A DNA stretch of 48,122 nt from a virus (IMGVR_UViG_2563366985_000003), one strand, 5' to 3'. Shown: positions 19,915-33,530, counted from the first letter of the stretch. Numbers and translations are program-made. Notes: generated from the letters alone by a model not told the origin.

Positions 19915-21873
19915 TTACGCCGTACATTTCACCAGACCGCGGTGATCAACTGGCGCGACACCGGCGTCAATACGCACTTTCGTTGTCACGCCATCCACAC
20001 TGAAGCCCTCCATCTGATCAATATATGGCGTATCCACACCGTTGAGATAAGCCACTTCAATCGTATCGGAGCCTTTTGACGCAGCCAGGTAGAAGGTGGT
20101 CTGGCTGTTATCATCAAGACGAGGCTCTGCAATAACGGTCGCAAAATCTTTCACCGGGTTAATAATACCGGCGTTAATGTCAGCCCCCTTGACACTTGAG
20201 GAGCGAATGACCTGGTTAGCAACAGACTCCATCGCCGTCGGTACCAGTACGAACGCAGGACGAATATTCAGATGACGCTCCCCCTCTTTCTGAACGCGCA
20301 TCAACTGGCGGGCTTTATCCAGCGATGCCACGTCCATTGCAGCGCTCTCCAGTACGTTTGCATGTTTCGCTTTATCGAACAGACTTACATTATCTGTGGA
20401 GATTTTCGGGTTAGACGTCAGAATGGCATAAACCAGATCGGCAATAGTGGATTTCGCCGCACGGCCCAGTTTCATCGGGACATCGGTCAGCATATTCAGA
20501 TCATCATTGATAATGGCCTGACGGGTGATACTGAACAGCTCGCCATAGGTCGCCAGTGCAATAGTGGCCTGTTTATCTCCGGTGGTGACGTATTTATATT
20601 CCGCCCCTTCACGCACCTGACGCAGAGCACTGAAGCCCCCCATACCCACACGATGGGCAATTTTAAAATCAGACAACTGACCTTTCCGCGTCCATTGTTC
20701 ATAGGTTTCAGGAGCATCTTCCCAGCCCTGCAGAATGGCTTTGTTCGCAACATCCAGCAGAATATTACCGAAGTCAGACGTACTGTGGGTGAACGCCGCA
20801 CCGACCATCTGCATCGGGTTATAACCGGAAACCCCAATACCCCGTTCAGTCAGTGACATACGGGCATATTCACGCAGGGTCATCCCGTTGTAGACATTAT
20901 CACGTTCGGTTTTTTCAAATCCGGCACGCGCCATCAGCGCCTGGCGGATCCCGTCCCCCACAAAATTACCGTTACCAGCATAAATATGAGCCGGTGTATT
21001 TTTATTGGATGGCGTGGACTCGCGCCCCATCTCGTTCAACAGCTTTTCGCGGGCCTGCTCCAGCGAACACTCAGGATCGGCAAGACACTGAGCCTGCAGC
21101 GTCTGATAACGCCCGCCAAACATGGCAAACAGATCATTAATACCGTTTACACGCGCTTTTTGCTCTGCCAGTACCTGCGCACGGATACTGTTTTCATCCA
21201 CCACGGGTGCTGCTGCCTGCACTGGCGTCCGGGAGGCTGCAGGTTCATCATCCTGTACGCGTGGAGCACTGTTGCGTGGCGGAGTAATCATGTTTCGAAT
21301 GGATTCCGGCATCTTTTTAAATTCCTCTGTACGTTTTGACTGAATACATGCCATTGCCTTAACGGCTGGCGTCACCTGATCAGCAAATCCATGTGCCAGA
21401 CATTCGGCACCGGACATCCAGGTCTCATCCGCCAGCATGGCAGCAATTTCATCGGTGGTTTTCCCGGTTTTCTGTGCATAAGCGGGTAACAGAACCGCCT
21501 CAACCTTATCGAGCAGGTCGGCATAGGTGCGCATGTCCTCCGCATCACCGCCCGTAAAGCCAAATGGTTTATGAATCATCATGAAGGTGTTTTCCGGCAT
21601 AATGACCGGGTTTCCCACCATCGCAATGACCGACGCCATTGACGCCGCCACACCGTCGACATAAACGGTAATGGACGCACCATGTGTTTTCAGCGCATTA
21701 AAAATGGCGATGCCTTCAAAGACATCGCCACCCGGTGAATTGATATGGAGATTAATGTGGGTGATATCGCCCAGTGCATTCAGATCACTGATAAACTGCT
21801 TCGCTGTAACACCCCAGAAACCAATCTCGTCATAAATATAAATATCCGCGTCACTCTGGTGACCAGCCTGCAT
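19915..21873 (-). CDS. Prohead protease (ClpP/S14-like) fused to major capsid protein
   Basis: N-terminal ClpP-like motifs (INSPGGDVFEGIAIFNALK, VAASMASVIAMVG), long C-terminal capsid-like domain; start taken at Met just after the portal stop. Confidence 0.8.
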   Translation of the reverse strand: MQAGHQSDADIYIYDEIGFWGVTAKQFISDLNALGDITHINLHINSPGGDVFEGIAIFNALKTHGASITVYVDGVAASMASVIAMVGNPVIMPENTFMMIHKPFGFTGGDAEDMRTYADLLDKVEAVLLPAYAQKTGKTTDEIAAMLADETWMSGAECLAHGFADQVTPAVKAMACIQSKRTEEFKKMPESIRNMITPPRNSAPRVQDDEPAASRTPVQAAAPVVDENSIRAQVLAEQKARVNGINDLFAMFGGRYQTLQAQCLADPECSLEQAREKLLNEMGRESTPSNKNTPAHIYAGNGNFVGDGIRQALMARAGFEKTERDNVYNGMTLREYARMSLTERGIGVSGYNPMQMVGAAFTHSTSDFGNILLDVANKAILQGWEDAPETYEQWTRKGQLSDFKIAHRVGMGGFSALRQVREGAEYKYVTTGDKQATIALATYGELFSITRQAIINDDLNMLTDVPMKLGRAAKSTIADLVYAILTSNPKISTDNVSLFDKAKHANVLESAAMDVASLDKARQLMRVQKEGERHLNIRPAFVLVPTAMESVANQVIRSSSVKGADINAGIINPVKDFATVIAEPRLDDNSQTTFYLAASKGSDTIEVAYLNGVDTPYIDQMEGFSVDGVTTKVRIDAGVAPVDHRGLVKCTA

Positions 21874-23090
21874 CCTGAACCAGGAATTATTCTTCGGACT
21901 GGTCGTCGGTGTGCTGCGGCTCCTGTCGTTTCGTTGCGGCACTGCTGCCTCCTTTATCACTGGCCGGATCGGTATCAAATACCAGATCCAGCTTGCGGTT
22001 TTCATCAATTTCTGCCTTGCGCCGACGTTTGACATCATCCGGATTACGACCACCTGCACGTACCCAGTCTGATTCTGTCGCCGCTCCACCACGAATCTGA
22101 ATTTTCCAGGCCTCAGCCTCCTTAACAGGGTCAATCCACGGCATCACCGGTCCGGAATACACCGCGGTATACAGTGAAGAACGGTCAAGATCGCGGGGTA
22201 GCCTGATAACACCGGATGCCACAGCCTGTTTCAGCCAGGCACGATACATCGGGCGGGTGACGGCACCAATAAACCAGTCCTGCAGGATCAGGTAGCCATC
22301 AGTGGATTCAACCAGCTCCTGACGCTGGGCGCTGTAAGTGCCGTTATAGTTGCGCGCTGTACTGGAAAAACTCAGACGACTGCCCGCCGCCACGGCACGC
22401 AACTGACCATTACGAAAAGTTTCAAGGTTAGGATTGGGGCGATCCGACTTCACCATTCCGATTTCTTCGCCGGGTTTCAGATCGTCGTAAATAATGCCTG
22501 GCTGAATGGTAAGCTCGCGTTCATTCTCCTTGCTGTCATTACCATCCGTTTCATAGCTCTGTCCGTCGCCTTTGCGGATGTACATCCCCAGAGCAGCAGC
22601 GATCCTTGCTGCAGTCAGCTCAGAATCTTCATATTCTTTCAGGGCACTGAGGCGGATCAGCACACCGGACAATAAAGACGTCCCGCGCATCTGGTGCAGA
22701 CGGCGAACAAATTTAAGATGCAGCATTCGCTCTGCATCCACTTCTTTGGTTTCCATCTGCCGTCCGGATACAGGACGACTTTTATACACCAGATATTTTT
22801 CGGGACGCCCCCAGTCATCAACAAACACGCCCTGATTCAGCCTGTTGCTCTCATCACTGGTCATGGGAATAAAGTCTGGCTCGAGTGCCTCCAGCCAGAA
22901 ATGAACACCGGCAGAAGGCGTCAGGCTGTTTATGCGCCCGGAAACCATCTGGGCAAACACCTCACCATCGCGCAGCCAGGTACGCAGCATCAGACGTTCC
23001 AGCATCGGACGGGTAAACTGCCCGGTAACTTCCGGACTGACAGACCATTCACTCCATCGGGTGCGTATCTCCGCTGCCAGATCACGGGCA

Positions 23091-24364
<1,274 letters not shown>

Positions 24365-24537
24365 TAACGACACGGCCCCGTAGAGGCTTAACTGGTCGGC
24401 AGTTCGGTTTTCCCGCCGGGCTTTGTGTGTCCGCGTCGTTTTTACGGCCTCATAAGCCTGGATCACCGCCCGGGAACGCAGCCTTGCCGCTTTCCATCCT
24501 GGTGAAAAAACGCCAATCACATCATCAAGAATTGCCA

Positions 24538-24756
24538 TCAGAACCTCGCCAGCCGGTACCCGGGATGCCCCCGTCGTCGTGTAATCAGAGCCGCAAGGCG
24601 GCGCTCCCACTCCTGCCGTCCCTGCCGGATCTCAGATAAGTTTTCCATGGTCATCTGCTGACCATTAAAGGTGACGGATTTTCCGTCCAGCACCGCCATT
24701 TCAGCTTCCGTATAACGCTGAATCATGGCTTCGATATCATTCTGGTTCATAACCAT
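24538..24756 (-). CDS. W: Head-tail joining protein W-like
   Basis: 72 aa ending ...RRRGHPGY, like the lambda gpW C-terminus; between terminase A and portal. Confidence 0.7.
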   Translation of the reverse strand: MVMNQNDIEAMIQRYTEAEMAVLDGKSVTFNGQQMTMENLSEIRQGRQEWERRLAALITRRRGHPGYRLARF

Positions 24757-26846
24757 CCTCCGGAAGTCAGCCAGGGGTTAACATCGTCAGTTACTGTTTT
24801 CTTCCGTTTTTGTTTTTTAACAGGCGTGGATACCGGTTCCGGTGAGGGTGACGGTTCGGTACTGTCCGGGACACACTCCAGCCAGGTTTCCCGGCTCGCC
24901 CACTCCGGTGCATCCGGCCAGCGGATCTTTTCGTATCCATGCAGAATGACCAGAGCCTCGGCATACACCATCAGGTCAAAAGCTTCGTTGGCACCGCGAC
25001 CCGGCTTACTCCATTTCCCGTCACTGCTCCGCTCTTCATACGTCAGTTCGTCGTAAAACCAGCTCCCCAGCCAGTCAGGGAAATGCACATAGCCGGGACC
25101 TGGCGAGTCACGCCATAACGCGTTATTCACCCGGTCTTTCAGTGCATCCGTCTGAAGAAGCCAGAGCGGCACATCACCTGCGGCCTGCGCCCGTCGGCCC
25201 GTTCGTCCGGTGTTATCAGGGAATGTACGGGTGATCAGTTTTGCGCGCCGGATGCTGTCGCCCTTAAACAGGTAAATACGTTTACCAAGGCCATCACGAC
25301 GGCAACGACGCCAGAATTTATAGGCATTATCAGTGACCCCGTCTTCACCGCCGGAGTCCACCGCCATTGCCATCAGTCGCATTTGTTGAGAAGGATCGGA
25401 GGCCAGCGGCCAGCTTTTATGAAAAACATCCGTCAGCAGGACATCCCAGTCTTCCGGATAGCTGGCCGGATCAATTCGCTGGCTCTCCCCGTCGCAGTCA
25501 CTGCGCAATGACTGCGTGATATTGTAACGATCAATAATCCAGCGTTCGCCACGACTGCCATAGCCAGTTACCTGAACCACAAAACGGCGATGACGTCCCG
25601 CCTGCACATCCACTGTCGCCACAAGGAAATTAACGCCATCCGGCACACTGCAGGAAGGAACTGGCTCTGCCCGCTGCTCAAGCAGTTCACTTTTTCGTTG
25701 CTCCATGCTGGCACGAGGAAGATAAGGCAATCCCCAGTCGGTGTTGATAACCGCCCTGAGTGTTTCTTCGCTTCCTGTCGCTTCATACTCCTGTTCTGCA
25801 GTCAGTAATTTGTAAACCAGTTGCGCCCAGGTCTGATACGCAGCAGCTGGCCCTTCCATCCAGAAACTGGCGATACGGGAGCGGCGCGGTTCACCGGAAA
25901 CGTTGCCGTTACGATCAATGACCTGACCTTCACGCAACCAGACTCCTGCACTATTGAGCTCACGCTTTTTCTCCGCAGTGATAATGCCGCTGCAGTGCGG
26001 GCAAAGTAGATACGCCGCCTCACTGGCTTTAAAGGGATCCGGTTCATTACGGTAGCCGGTCATGGCATCCATAGCTGGCTGAAAATATTCACCGCAGTGC
26101 GGACATGGCCAGTACCAGCGGCGGCGGTCACCACGATTGTAAAGGGAAAGAATACCAGTCGTCGGTGGCGCTTCATGAGGCGACTTACGTCGCCATTTGC
26201 TGTCGCAGATGTCACGTCCCGGCGAGCTCTCCACCAGAGTCATCCCGGCGGACATAAATGTGGTGGTACGTTTTGAGGCCAGGGAGAAACCATCACCCTC
26301 GCTGTCGATATTCTCCGGAAAACGGTCGTAATCGGTTAAGGCGACAAACCGGTAATCCGACGACGACATAATGTTGACCGAGGGCCAACCAATTTTAAGG
26401 AACGAGCCATCCCTGAACGTCTTATCATGGACATTATTGTCGTTACGACGTGGACTCATTCTTTTCTTTACCGCCGCACTGCTTCTGAACGTTCTGTCGA
26501 GGCGCTTTTTAGAATGCTCGCGGGCCTTATCTTCGGTCATCTGCACAACGAGCATGTCCGAAGGATCGCAAACGATGGTATAGACAATCCATCCATCGAT
26601 CAGACCAATGGTCTTCCCTGTTCGCGCAGGACCAACAAAAATCACCGCATCGTATTCACGCGATGCCAGGCAGTTCATGGGCTCAATGATGTAGGGTGTC
26701 AGTTCAGGATCCCATGGCACCGAGTTACCAGCCCCCTTGGGAACACGCATGAATTTTTTAACAGCCTCCGAAATCGGCATGCGACGTGGTGGGGAAAATC
26801 CTGCCGATATGTCCCTTCCCAAATTTCGGGCTGATGAAAAACCCAT
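24747..26846 (-). CDS. A: Terminase large subunit (lambda gpA family)
   Basis: 699 aa; Walker-A-like GPARTGKT, CPHCGEYF zinc motif as in lambda A. Confidence 0.9.
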   Translation of the reverse strand: MGFSSARNLGRDISAGFSPPRRMPISEAVKKFMRVPKGAGNSVPWDPELTPYIIEPMNCLASREYDAVIFVGPARTGKTIGLIDGWIVYTIVCDPSDMLVVQMTEDKAREHSKKRLDRTFRSSAAVKKRMSPRRNDNNVHDKTFRDGSFLKIGWPSVNIMSSSDYRFVALTDYDRFPENIDSEGDGFSLASKRTTTFMSAGMTLVESSPGRDICDSKWRRKSPHEAPPTTGILSLYNRGDRRRWYWPCPHCGEYFQPAMDAMTGYRNEPDPFKASEAAYLLCPHCSGIITAEKKRELNSAGVWLREGQVIDRNGNVSGEPRRSRIASFWMEGPAAAYQTWAQLVYKLLTAEQEYEATGSEETLRAVINTDWGLPYLPRASMEQRKSELLEQRAEPVPSCSVPDGVNFLVATVDVQAGRHRRFVVQVTGYGSRGERWIIDRYNITQSLRSDCDGESQRIDPASYPEDWDVLLTDVFHKSWPLASDPSQQMRLMAMAVDSGGEDGVTDNAYKFWRRCRRDGLGKRIYLFKGDSIRRAKLITRTFPDNTGRTGRRAQAAGDVPLWLLQTDALKDRVNNALWRDSPGPGYVHFPDWLGSWFYDELTYEERSSDGKWSKPGRGANEAFDLMVYAEALVILHGYEKIRWPDAPEWASRETWLECVPDSTEPSPSPEPVSTPVKKQKRKKTVTDDVNPWLTSGGWL

Positions 26847-26854
26847 TATTCCTC

Positions 26855-27394
26855 CTAGAGACTCTCTCCTTCCTCATCAGGAATTAATTCAGCAGCACAA
26901 GCCTCGTAGGATTTTTCCTGAAGAGTGTATCGCAGGTCATCAATGGCCTGCTGTACAACGCCGACGGCCTGAGGAGTCAGAGCGCAATCGCGTTCAAGAA
27001 CATCCGGAATTGTCTCCAGAACCTGGACGACAGCCTTTCTCATGGACGAATAGACGATGACTACTTCATCAACTGGGATGAGTTTTCGCTGCTCCTTTTC
27101 CAGCTTGATCCTTTCATTTTCAGACTGGTACCAGTCCTTTCTCTCTTTCGGCTCCATACGGGATGGATCATGAACAGAGTCTGCTGCCTCATGCTTCACA
27201 CTAAACAGGGCGGGCCCGACATGCTGCAGGGCGTAAACGGGGTTCCCCCTGACAGTCGCAGCCACAGGAGTGTTGGCCGCGAGGAGCCGTTTTTTTACTG
27301 TGTCCCGGTGAAGCCCAAAGGCCTCGGCGATTTTAAAAACACTCCAGTAATAAGCATCACCGATCCCGCTCACATTTGACATAAGCAACTCCAT
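26855..27394 (-). CDS. nu1: Terminase small subunit (Nu1-like)
   Basis: 179 aa with N-terminal winged-HTH-like region, immediately upstream of the large subunit and about 190 nt from the cos-like sequence. Confidence 0.8.
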   Translation of the reverse strand: MELLMSNVSGIGDAYYWSVFKIAEAFGLHRDTVKKRLLAANTPVAATVRGNPVYALQHVGPALFSVKHEAADSVHDPSRMEPKERKDWYQSENERIKLEKEQRKLIPVDEVVIVYSSMRKAVVQVLETIPDVLERDCALTPQAVGVVQQAIDDLRYTLQEKSYEACAAELIPDEEGESL

Positions 27395-27559
27395 CTGGCA
27401 GGTGAAAATCAGGTTTATTTATATATTTCAATTAATTGCAAACTGGTCTAATGACAGGAAGAAAAAAATATTGTACAGGTGAAAAGGGAAATAACTTTTA
27501 ATTATCAATAAATTACCAAACATGCTGCCGCCGCCATGGAAATGCAAAAACTAGCCTTT

Positions 27560-27590
27560 TTCCGCGACGCTCCCGCCCCGTGGCAGGGGC
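27560..27590 (-). other. cos site (cosN-like cohesive-end sequence)
   Basis: Minus-strand ACGGGGCGGGAGCGTCGCGG resembles remembered lambda cosN GGGCGGCGACCTCGCGG; spacing to Nu1 as in lambda. Confidence 0.5.
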
Positions 27591-27945
27591 CCCCACCGGG
27601 AGGACCCGACAGCCTGACAGCCGTGACGAGCATCTGATACAGCGCTTTACATAATGGCATAGGAATAATTCAGAAGGACATCACAGCATGCCCACACAAA
27701 TTAGTGTGAGTGTCCTGTTTCTTCCTACGCACAGGACTGACGAGCATGAGGGGAAAATATGCGAACCATAAATGCCTCATCTTCAGCAATGCAGCCGGCA
27801 TCCGAACAGGACGATATGTAAATTCACCTAATTACGAGGACATTGCAGTAGTTGAATTGCAGCTCTGTATTAGCCTGACAGTGACAGAATGCGACATTGA
27901 CTCTGTCACAGGTTAAATAGTTTGAACGATTAGCAGTTATGGTGC

Positions 27946-28152
27946 TCAGTCAACCACCAGGGAATAATCCTTCGAATTCTTATCGTGCTTCACCAACGCT
28001 GCCTCAATTGCCCTGAATGCTTCCAGAGACACCTGATGTTCTATACATGCGATTACAACATCCGGGTAACTCATAGAAATGGTGCTATTAAGCATATTTT
28101 TTACACGAATCAGATCCAACGAGAGTTCATCAGCAGATTGTTCTTTATTCAT
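27946..28152 (-). CDS. Hypothetical protein (moron region)
   Basis: 68-aa ORF in AT-rich region between cos and ydfO; no family recognised. Confidence 0.3.
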   Translation of the reverse strand: MNKEQSADELSLDLIRVKNMLNSTISMSYPDVVIACIEHQVSLEAFRAIEAALVKHDKNSKDYSLVVD

Positions 28153-28452
28153 TTTGTCGCTCCATGCGTTTGCTCGTCATCTAGCGGTTAAAATATTACT
28201 TCAAATCTTTCTGCATAAAAGAGGAAAAGTATGAAAGTTTGAGTACATCGACCTTACATACATCTGTCGGTTGCATATCCCTCCTGGATGCCAGCAAGGC
28301 TCAACTTTGTTGCGCAATCAACACTATTCATTAAAAACAGGCTTAATATTTGACATAAATCATCAACAAAACACAAAGAGGTCAGACCAGATTGAAACAA
28401 TAAACACGATAATGCAAACTACGCGCCATCGTATCACATGGAAGGTTTGCCA

Positions 28453-28863
28453 ATGGCTCAGGCTGCCATTTTTAAAGAAATATTCGATCAAGTGCGTAAA
28501 GATTTAAACTGTGAATTATTTTATTCTGAGCTAAAACGTCACAATGTCTCACTTTATATTTACTATTTAGCCACAGATAATATTCACATTGTGTTAGAAA
28601 ACGACAACATAGTGTTAGTAAAAGGACTCAAAAAGGTTGTAAATGTTAAATTCTCCAGAAACAAACATCTTATAGAGACCTCCTATAATAAGTTGAAATC
28701 AAAAGAAATCACATTTCAACAATACAGGGAAAATCTTGCTAAAGCAGGAGTTTTCCGATGGGTTACAAATATCCAGGAACACCAAAGATATTACTATGCC
28801 TTTGATAACTCATTACTATTTACTGAAAGCATCCAGAAAACTACACAGATCTTACCACGCTAA
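28453..28863 (+). CDS. ydfO: YdfO/YbcV-family (DUF1398-like) prophage protein
   Basis: [19 protein letters not shown]... recalled as ydfO/ybcV family; same neighbourhood as in K-12 Qin. Confidence 0.6.
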   Translation: MAQAAIFKEIFDQVRKDLNCELFYSELKRHNVSLYIYYLATDNIHIVLENDNIVLVKGLKKVVNVKFSRNKHLIETSYNKLKSKEITFQQYRENLAKAGVFRWVTNIQEHQRYYYAFDNSLLFTESIQKTTQILPR

Positions 28864-29014
28864 ACCATAACGTCCGGCTTCTCTCACTCCTGAGCCGGAC
28901 TGCATTGGTTTAATAAAAACCATCAACAATTGTGATTTAGATATTCGGAACCATTCAAATATAACAAAACCCCGTAAAAACGAGGTTTATGGATAAATTT
29001 TATTATTGAATACA

Positions 29015-29188
29015 TCAGATTAAATTAATCTTGACATCATAGCTTTCAAGACCCGTCATTTTTTCCCGTGCGGTAAACTGAATACTGGTAACTTCTTTCC
29101 CGGTCTTTTTCTTAAGTTCAATAATTTTTTTTGTTATATATTCAGAAATATCTGCTTCTGCTTTTGTTTTTAAGTCTTCAATATTCAT
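29015..29188 (-). CDS. gnsB: GnsA/GnsB-family small protein
   Basis: 57-aa ORF translated by hand (MNIEDLKTKAEADISEYITKKIIELKKKTGKEVTSIQFTAREKMTGLESYDVKINLI); absent from ORF track (<60 aa). Confidence 0.7.
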   Translation of the reverse strand: MNIEDLKTKAEADISEYITKKIIELKKKTGKEVTSIQFTAREKMTGLESYDVKINLI

Positions 29189-29359
29189 CATTTCCTCTTT
29201 TAGTCTGTTATGACTTTCCAGTTACACAGTAAGTCGATTATATGGTGCAAACGTGTAAAAGATAAGATGAAACATCGCAATAATCAACATACGATAGTCT
29301 AAATTTTACACAAACAGACAAAGAGAATTTTCCTGAATTATCAATGCAATAGCATCAAA

Positions 29360-29590
29360 TCAACTCAAGAGCCTTATTGCTGCTTCCAGAATTTCTTCTG
29401 AAGTAACATGTCGATCCGCGGCTACATAAATGACTTTATGATCTCCGGTCAGAGATGGAAACCCTGCGGCCATTACAGTAAGGTGTGTTTTTTCGCCATT
29501 TGGATATTCACGCATGATGGTGTTAACTCCAGTCATCGCTGGCACTACCACTGCTGGTTCAGAGTTAAAAAAAACTATGATTTTTTTCAT
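29360..29590 (-). CDS. Hypothetical protein (possibly ynfN-like moron)
   Basis: 76-aa ORF from MKKIIVFF... between cspI and gnsB. Confidence 0.35.
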   Translation of the reverse strand: MKKIIVFFNSEPAVVVPAMTGVNTIMREYPNGEKTHLTVMAAGFPSLTGDHKVIYVAADRHVTSEEILEAAIRLLS

Positions 29591-29861
29591 GATGTTACCG
29601 TAGTATGTGAGTATCCATCGAATAGACACCAAGCAAAAAAGCTCCCGAAGGAGCCTTCATTTTCACTTTTTTAAATCCAACGACAGACGGCTGGCATTTA
29701 AGTATTGTGAAATATTATCAAATGTAATCATCATTGATTTACAAAAGATACATTTTGCCCCGAAAGGATTCATGTCAGAAACATCAAAAGATGATGTTCT
29801 ATACTGGGAACCATGACAACACGGGCATCTAAAGTGAATATGGTTTGTAATATTGTCTACC

Positions 29862-30074
29862 TCAAAGCGCCACTACATGAACAGCGGCAGGACCTTTAGG
29901 TCCGTTCTCAATACCAAATTCAACTTCCTGATTCTCAGTTAATGTTTTGAAATCGTTGCTCTGAATTGCTGAGAAATGGACAAACACATCTTTGCTGCCA
30001 TCTTTCGGCGTGATGAAACCAAAACCTTTTTCAGGGTTAAACCATTTCACTAAACCAGTCATTTTGTTAGACAT
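29862..30074 (-). CDS. cspI: Cold shock protein (CspA family)
   Basis: 70 aa, [23 protein letters not shown]...VFVHFSAIQ cold-shock domain. Confidence 0.9.
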   Translation of the reverse strand: MSNKMTGLVKWFNPEKGFGFITPKDGSKDVFVHFSAIQSNDFKTLTENQEVEFGIENGPKGPAAVHVVAL

Positions 30075-30436
30075 AATTATTACCTTTTGAAGAAATTAGC
30101 CCTTGGGCAGAATGGTCCGAAAAAAAATATCAGAGAGAAAAACCAACAAGGAAATCTCAAGAGGTACAAATAATAAAATTATAACAATGACTGCTTCAGA
30201 TAAATTTGTAACAAACCAGAACACCATTAACGCATGATTAACCACCCATAGCAAGGATTACTTTTGTAAAGAAAAACACAGCAATGAAAGAATAGCTTTA
30301 TTTATTAATAAAACGTGTCATTCTGATTAAGACCTTTTATCTTACCCTTAAGATTTCAGGAATTTTGGCTCATGGAAGAGTCCTTTTTATTTAAATTTTA
30401 CATTCCGCGATGTAAATGTTCCGATTTAATATTACC

Positions 30437-31460
<1,024 letters not shown>

Positions 31461-31464
<4 letters not shown>

Positions 31465-31772
31465 ATATATTTATGATGAGGACGCTCGTGCTTATTGGCA
31501 GGATTTTCAATCTTAAAGGAGTACTGATGCTGCAGATAAGACTCAACTTTTTCTGACAATTTTTCTGCTACTTCCAGGAAGACTTGCCGGACGCTCCTTC
31601 TGGCTGCTGCCTCATAAAACTCCAGCGCAGCTCCTTCAACACGGTCCATGGCGACATCCAGGCCAAAAATTTCACCGTCAAAGCGTTCTTTGTCCTGTAA
31701 GGCTACAGTTACCGTAACTTTATTCTCAAAATTACGGACTCCTTTCACAACCAGTTCATAGTCTTGAGTCAT
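31461..31772 (-). CDS. ydfR: YdfR-family (DUF1327-like) protein
   Basis: 103-aa ORF between holin and endolysin, as ydfR in K-12 Qin. Confidence 0.6.
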
Positions 31773-31776
31773 TGGA

Positions 31777-31992
31777 TTACTCTCCTCTCGCAGCCTTACG
31801 CCTGTCTTCTTTAATCTTGAAATAAAGATTTGTCAGATACGTCAGCAGGCCAAAAACCAGGCTACCCAGCACACCGATTGCAGCCCACTGTGACGGAGTT
31901 ACTTTATCGAGTAACTGCAATGCCCAGAAACCAGCATTACCCGCCGATGTGCCATAGGCAACACCTGTTGTTAACTTATCCATTGATTTCAT
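31777..31992 (-). CDS. essQ: Pinholin (phage 21 S-like holin/antiholin, dual start MKSM)
   Basis: [26 protein letters not shown]...[17 protein letters not shown] matches remembered S21 pinholin. Confidence 0.85.
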   Translation of the reverse strand: MKSMDKLTTGVAYGTSAGNAGFWALQLLDKVTPSQWAAIGVLGSLVFGLLTYLTNLYFKIKEDRRKAARGE

Positions 31993-32211
31993 ATCCTCAC
32001 CCCGATGTACACGGATGGTGCAATATGTTTGAAAAGATCGGAGTCTACGGGGTAGTTTTGACAGCACACGTTGTTCTCAACGGCGCTAAAGAAACATACA
32101 CATTAAAAATGTGAGTAATTATTTTGAAAGAAAGTCATATATAAAATAATAATACGAGAAATGTTTTCATATTTAGTGTACTGTATACGGCCATTTATAC
32201 AGGAAAAGCCT

Positions 32212-32382
32212 ATGTCAGAACGTAAAGACTCAAAATCACGCCGTAATTATCTCGTTAAATGTTCCTGCCCAAACTGCACCCAAGAGTCAGAACACAGTTT
32301 TTCAAGAGTACAAAAAGGTGCCCTTTTGATCTGCCCTCATTGCAACAAAGTATTCCAGACAAATCTTAAAGCTGTAGCCTGA
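32212..32382 (+). CDS. ynfU: Small zinc-ribbon protein (YnfU-like)
   Basis: 56 aa with two CxxC pairs (CSCPNC ... CPHC). Confidence 0.5.
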   Translation: MSERKDSKSRRNYLVKCSCPNCTQESEHSFSRVQKGALLICPHCNKVFQTNLKAVA

Positions 32383-32436
32383 TTGATTTTATTAGTAACA
32401 AGTATTTTTATATTTTAATAATATATTTAAAGCAGA

Positions 32437-32460
32437 TAATAAAAAACCCGCCTGAGCGGG
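32437..32460. terminator. Bidirectional intrinsic terminator between ynfU and cspB
   Basis: ACCCGC-ctgag-GCGGGT hairpin flanked by A-run and T-rich tract. Confidence 0.5.
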
Positions 32461-32744
32461 TTTGAGATTGTGGTGCTTTTTGTGGGAGTCATCCACTTAC
32501 GCACTTTGTTTTGCCATGCCAGCAGTTAGCTTCTGCTGTAAAACTATTCATGCAGCAAACCTGCACTTCACCACAATGGTTAGCATACTTTTCCTGATTA
32601 AGATTTTGCCAAATATGCTGGCCATTGTTTCATGTATTGGACCTCCTTAATTTTTATTAAAGAAATCCAATATTCACTACTCTGTCCGTATCTCTACTCA
32701 GGCATCAGCCTTCTTCGTTATCGTATACAGACGAGCGATGAATT

Positions 32745-32960
32745 TTAATCAGTAATGATGACATTTACTGCTGCAGGACCTTTAGCACCACTCTCTATAG
32801 AGAAGGTAACCTTTTGACCTTCAAATAAGGTTCGATAATTATCATTCTGAATCGCAGAAAAATGCACAAACACATCTTTACTACCATCAACAGGAGAAAT
32901 AAAGCCGAAACCTTTATCAGCGTTAAACCATTTTACTAAACCAGTCATTTTATTTGACAT
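32745..32960 (-). CDS. cspB: Cold shock protein (CspA family)
   Basis: 71 aa, [23 protein letters not shown]... cold-shock domain. Confidence 0.9.
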   Translation of the reverse strand: MSNKMTGLVKWFNADKGFGFISPVDGSKDVFVHFSAIQNDNYRTLFEGQKVTFSIESGAKGPAAVNVIITD

Positions 32961-33270
32961 TCTACATTCCTTAACTTGAGCCTTTCGGCATAAATGGTTT
33001 GCATAACAGAAACGACTTCGTACTTAATTGGAGAGACTCAAAGAAGGAATAAGTGAATAACACCTGAAATGAGAACTGCTTTAGTAAACTACTTCGTATA
33101 TCGTCTGTTCTTCAAACCGACGCAGTCATTAACTCATAGTTGAACATATGAAGCAATGTTTATTTTAGACATCCAGCCACCTTCAACCCTATCAACAAAG
33201 TAGTTTTCTCCAGGAACGTGTGTATGGTGCACCAGGTTATCAGTATTAAGGAGTTTTTCTGTCCCCTAAA

Positions 33271-33480
33271 ATGACAGGAATTGTCAAAAACTTTGACTAC
33301 AAAAGCAGCAAAGGTCTTCTATTCCCATCCGATGGCGTATCGATGCCCAGCTTCACGTTTCAGCTCTCAATCTTCGAGATGCAGAAGAAATTACCACAGG
33401 ATTACGCGTGGAATTTTGCCGGATAAATGGTTCGCGTGGACCTTCAACTCCCAATGTTTATCCCGGGATGAGATTCAATA
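33271..33480 (+). pseudogene. cspF: Cold shock protein CspF-like gene with frameshift
   Basis: N-terminal half ([22 protein letters not shown]) in one frame; C-terminal half ([36 protein letters not shown]) in another; break near 33336. Confidence 0.55.
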
Positions 33481-33502
33481 TCTCTATTGCCCCATTTAAA
33501 GC

Positions 33503-33530
33503 ACAAAAACCCGCTTATCAGCGGGTTTTC
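33503..33530. terminator. Bidirectional intrinsic terminator between cspF and Q
   Basis: AACCCGC-ttatca-GCGGGTT hairpin with T-runs on both strands. Confidence 0.5.

Noticed and set aside
20272-21343. Plus-strand ORFs of 95-194 aa
   Set aside because: Antisense to the protease-capsid gene.
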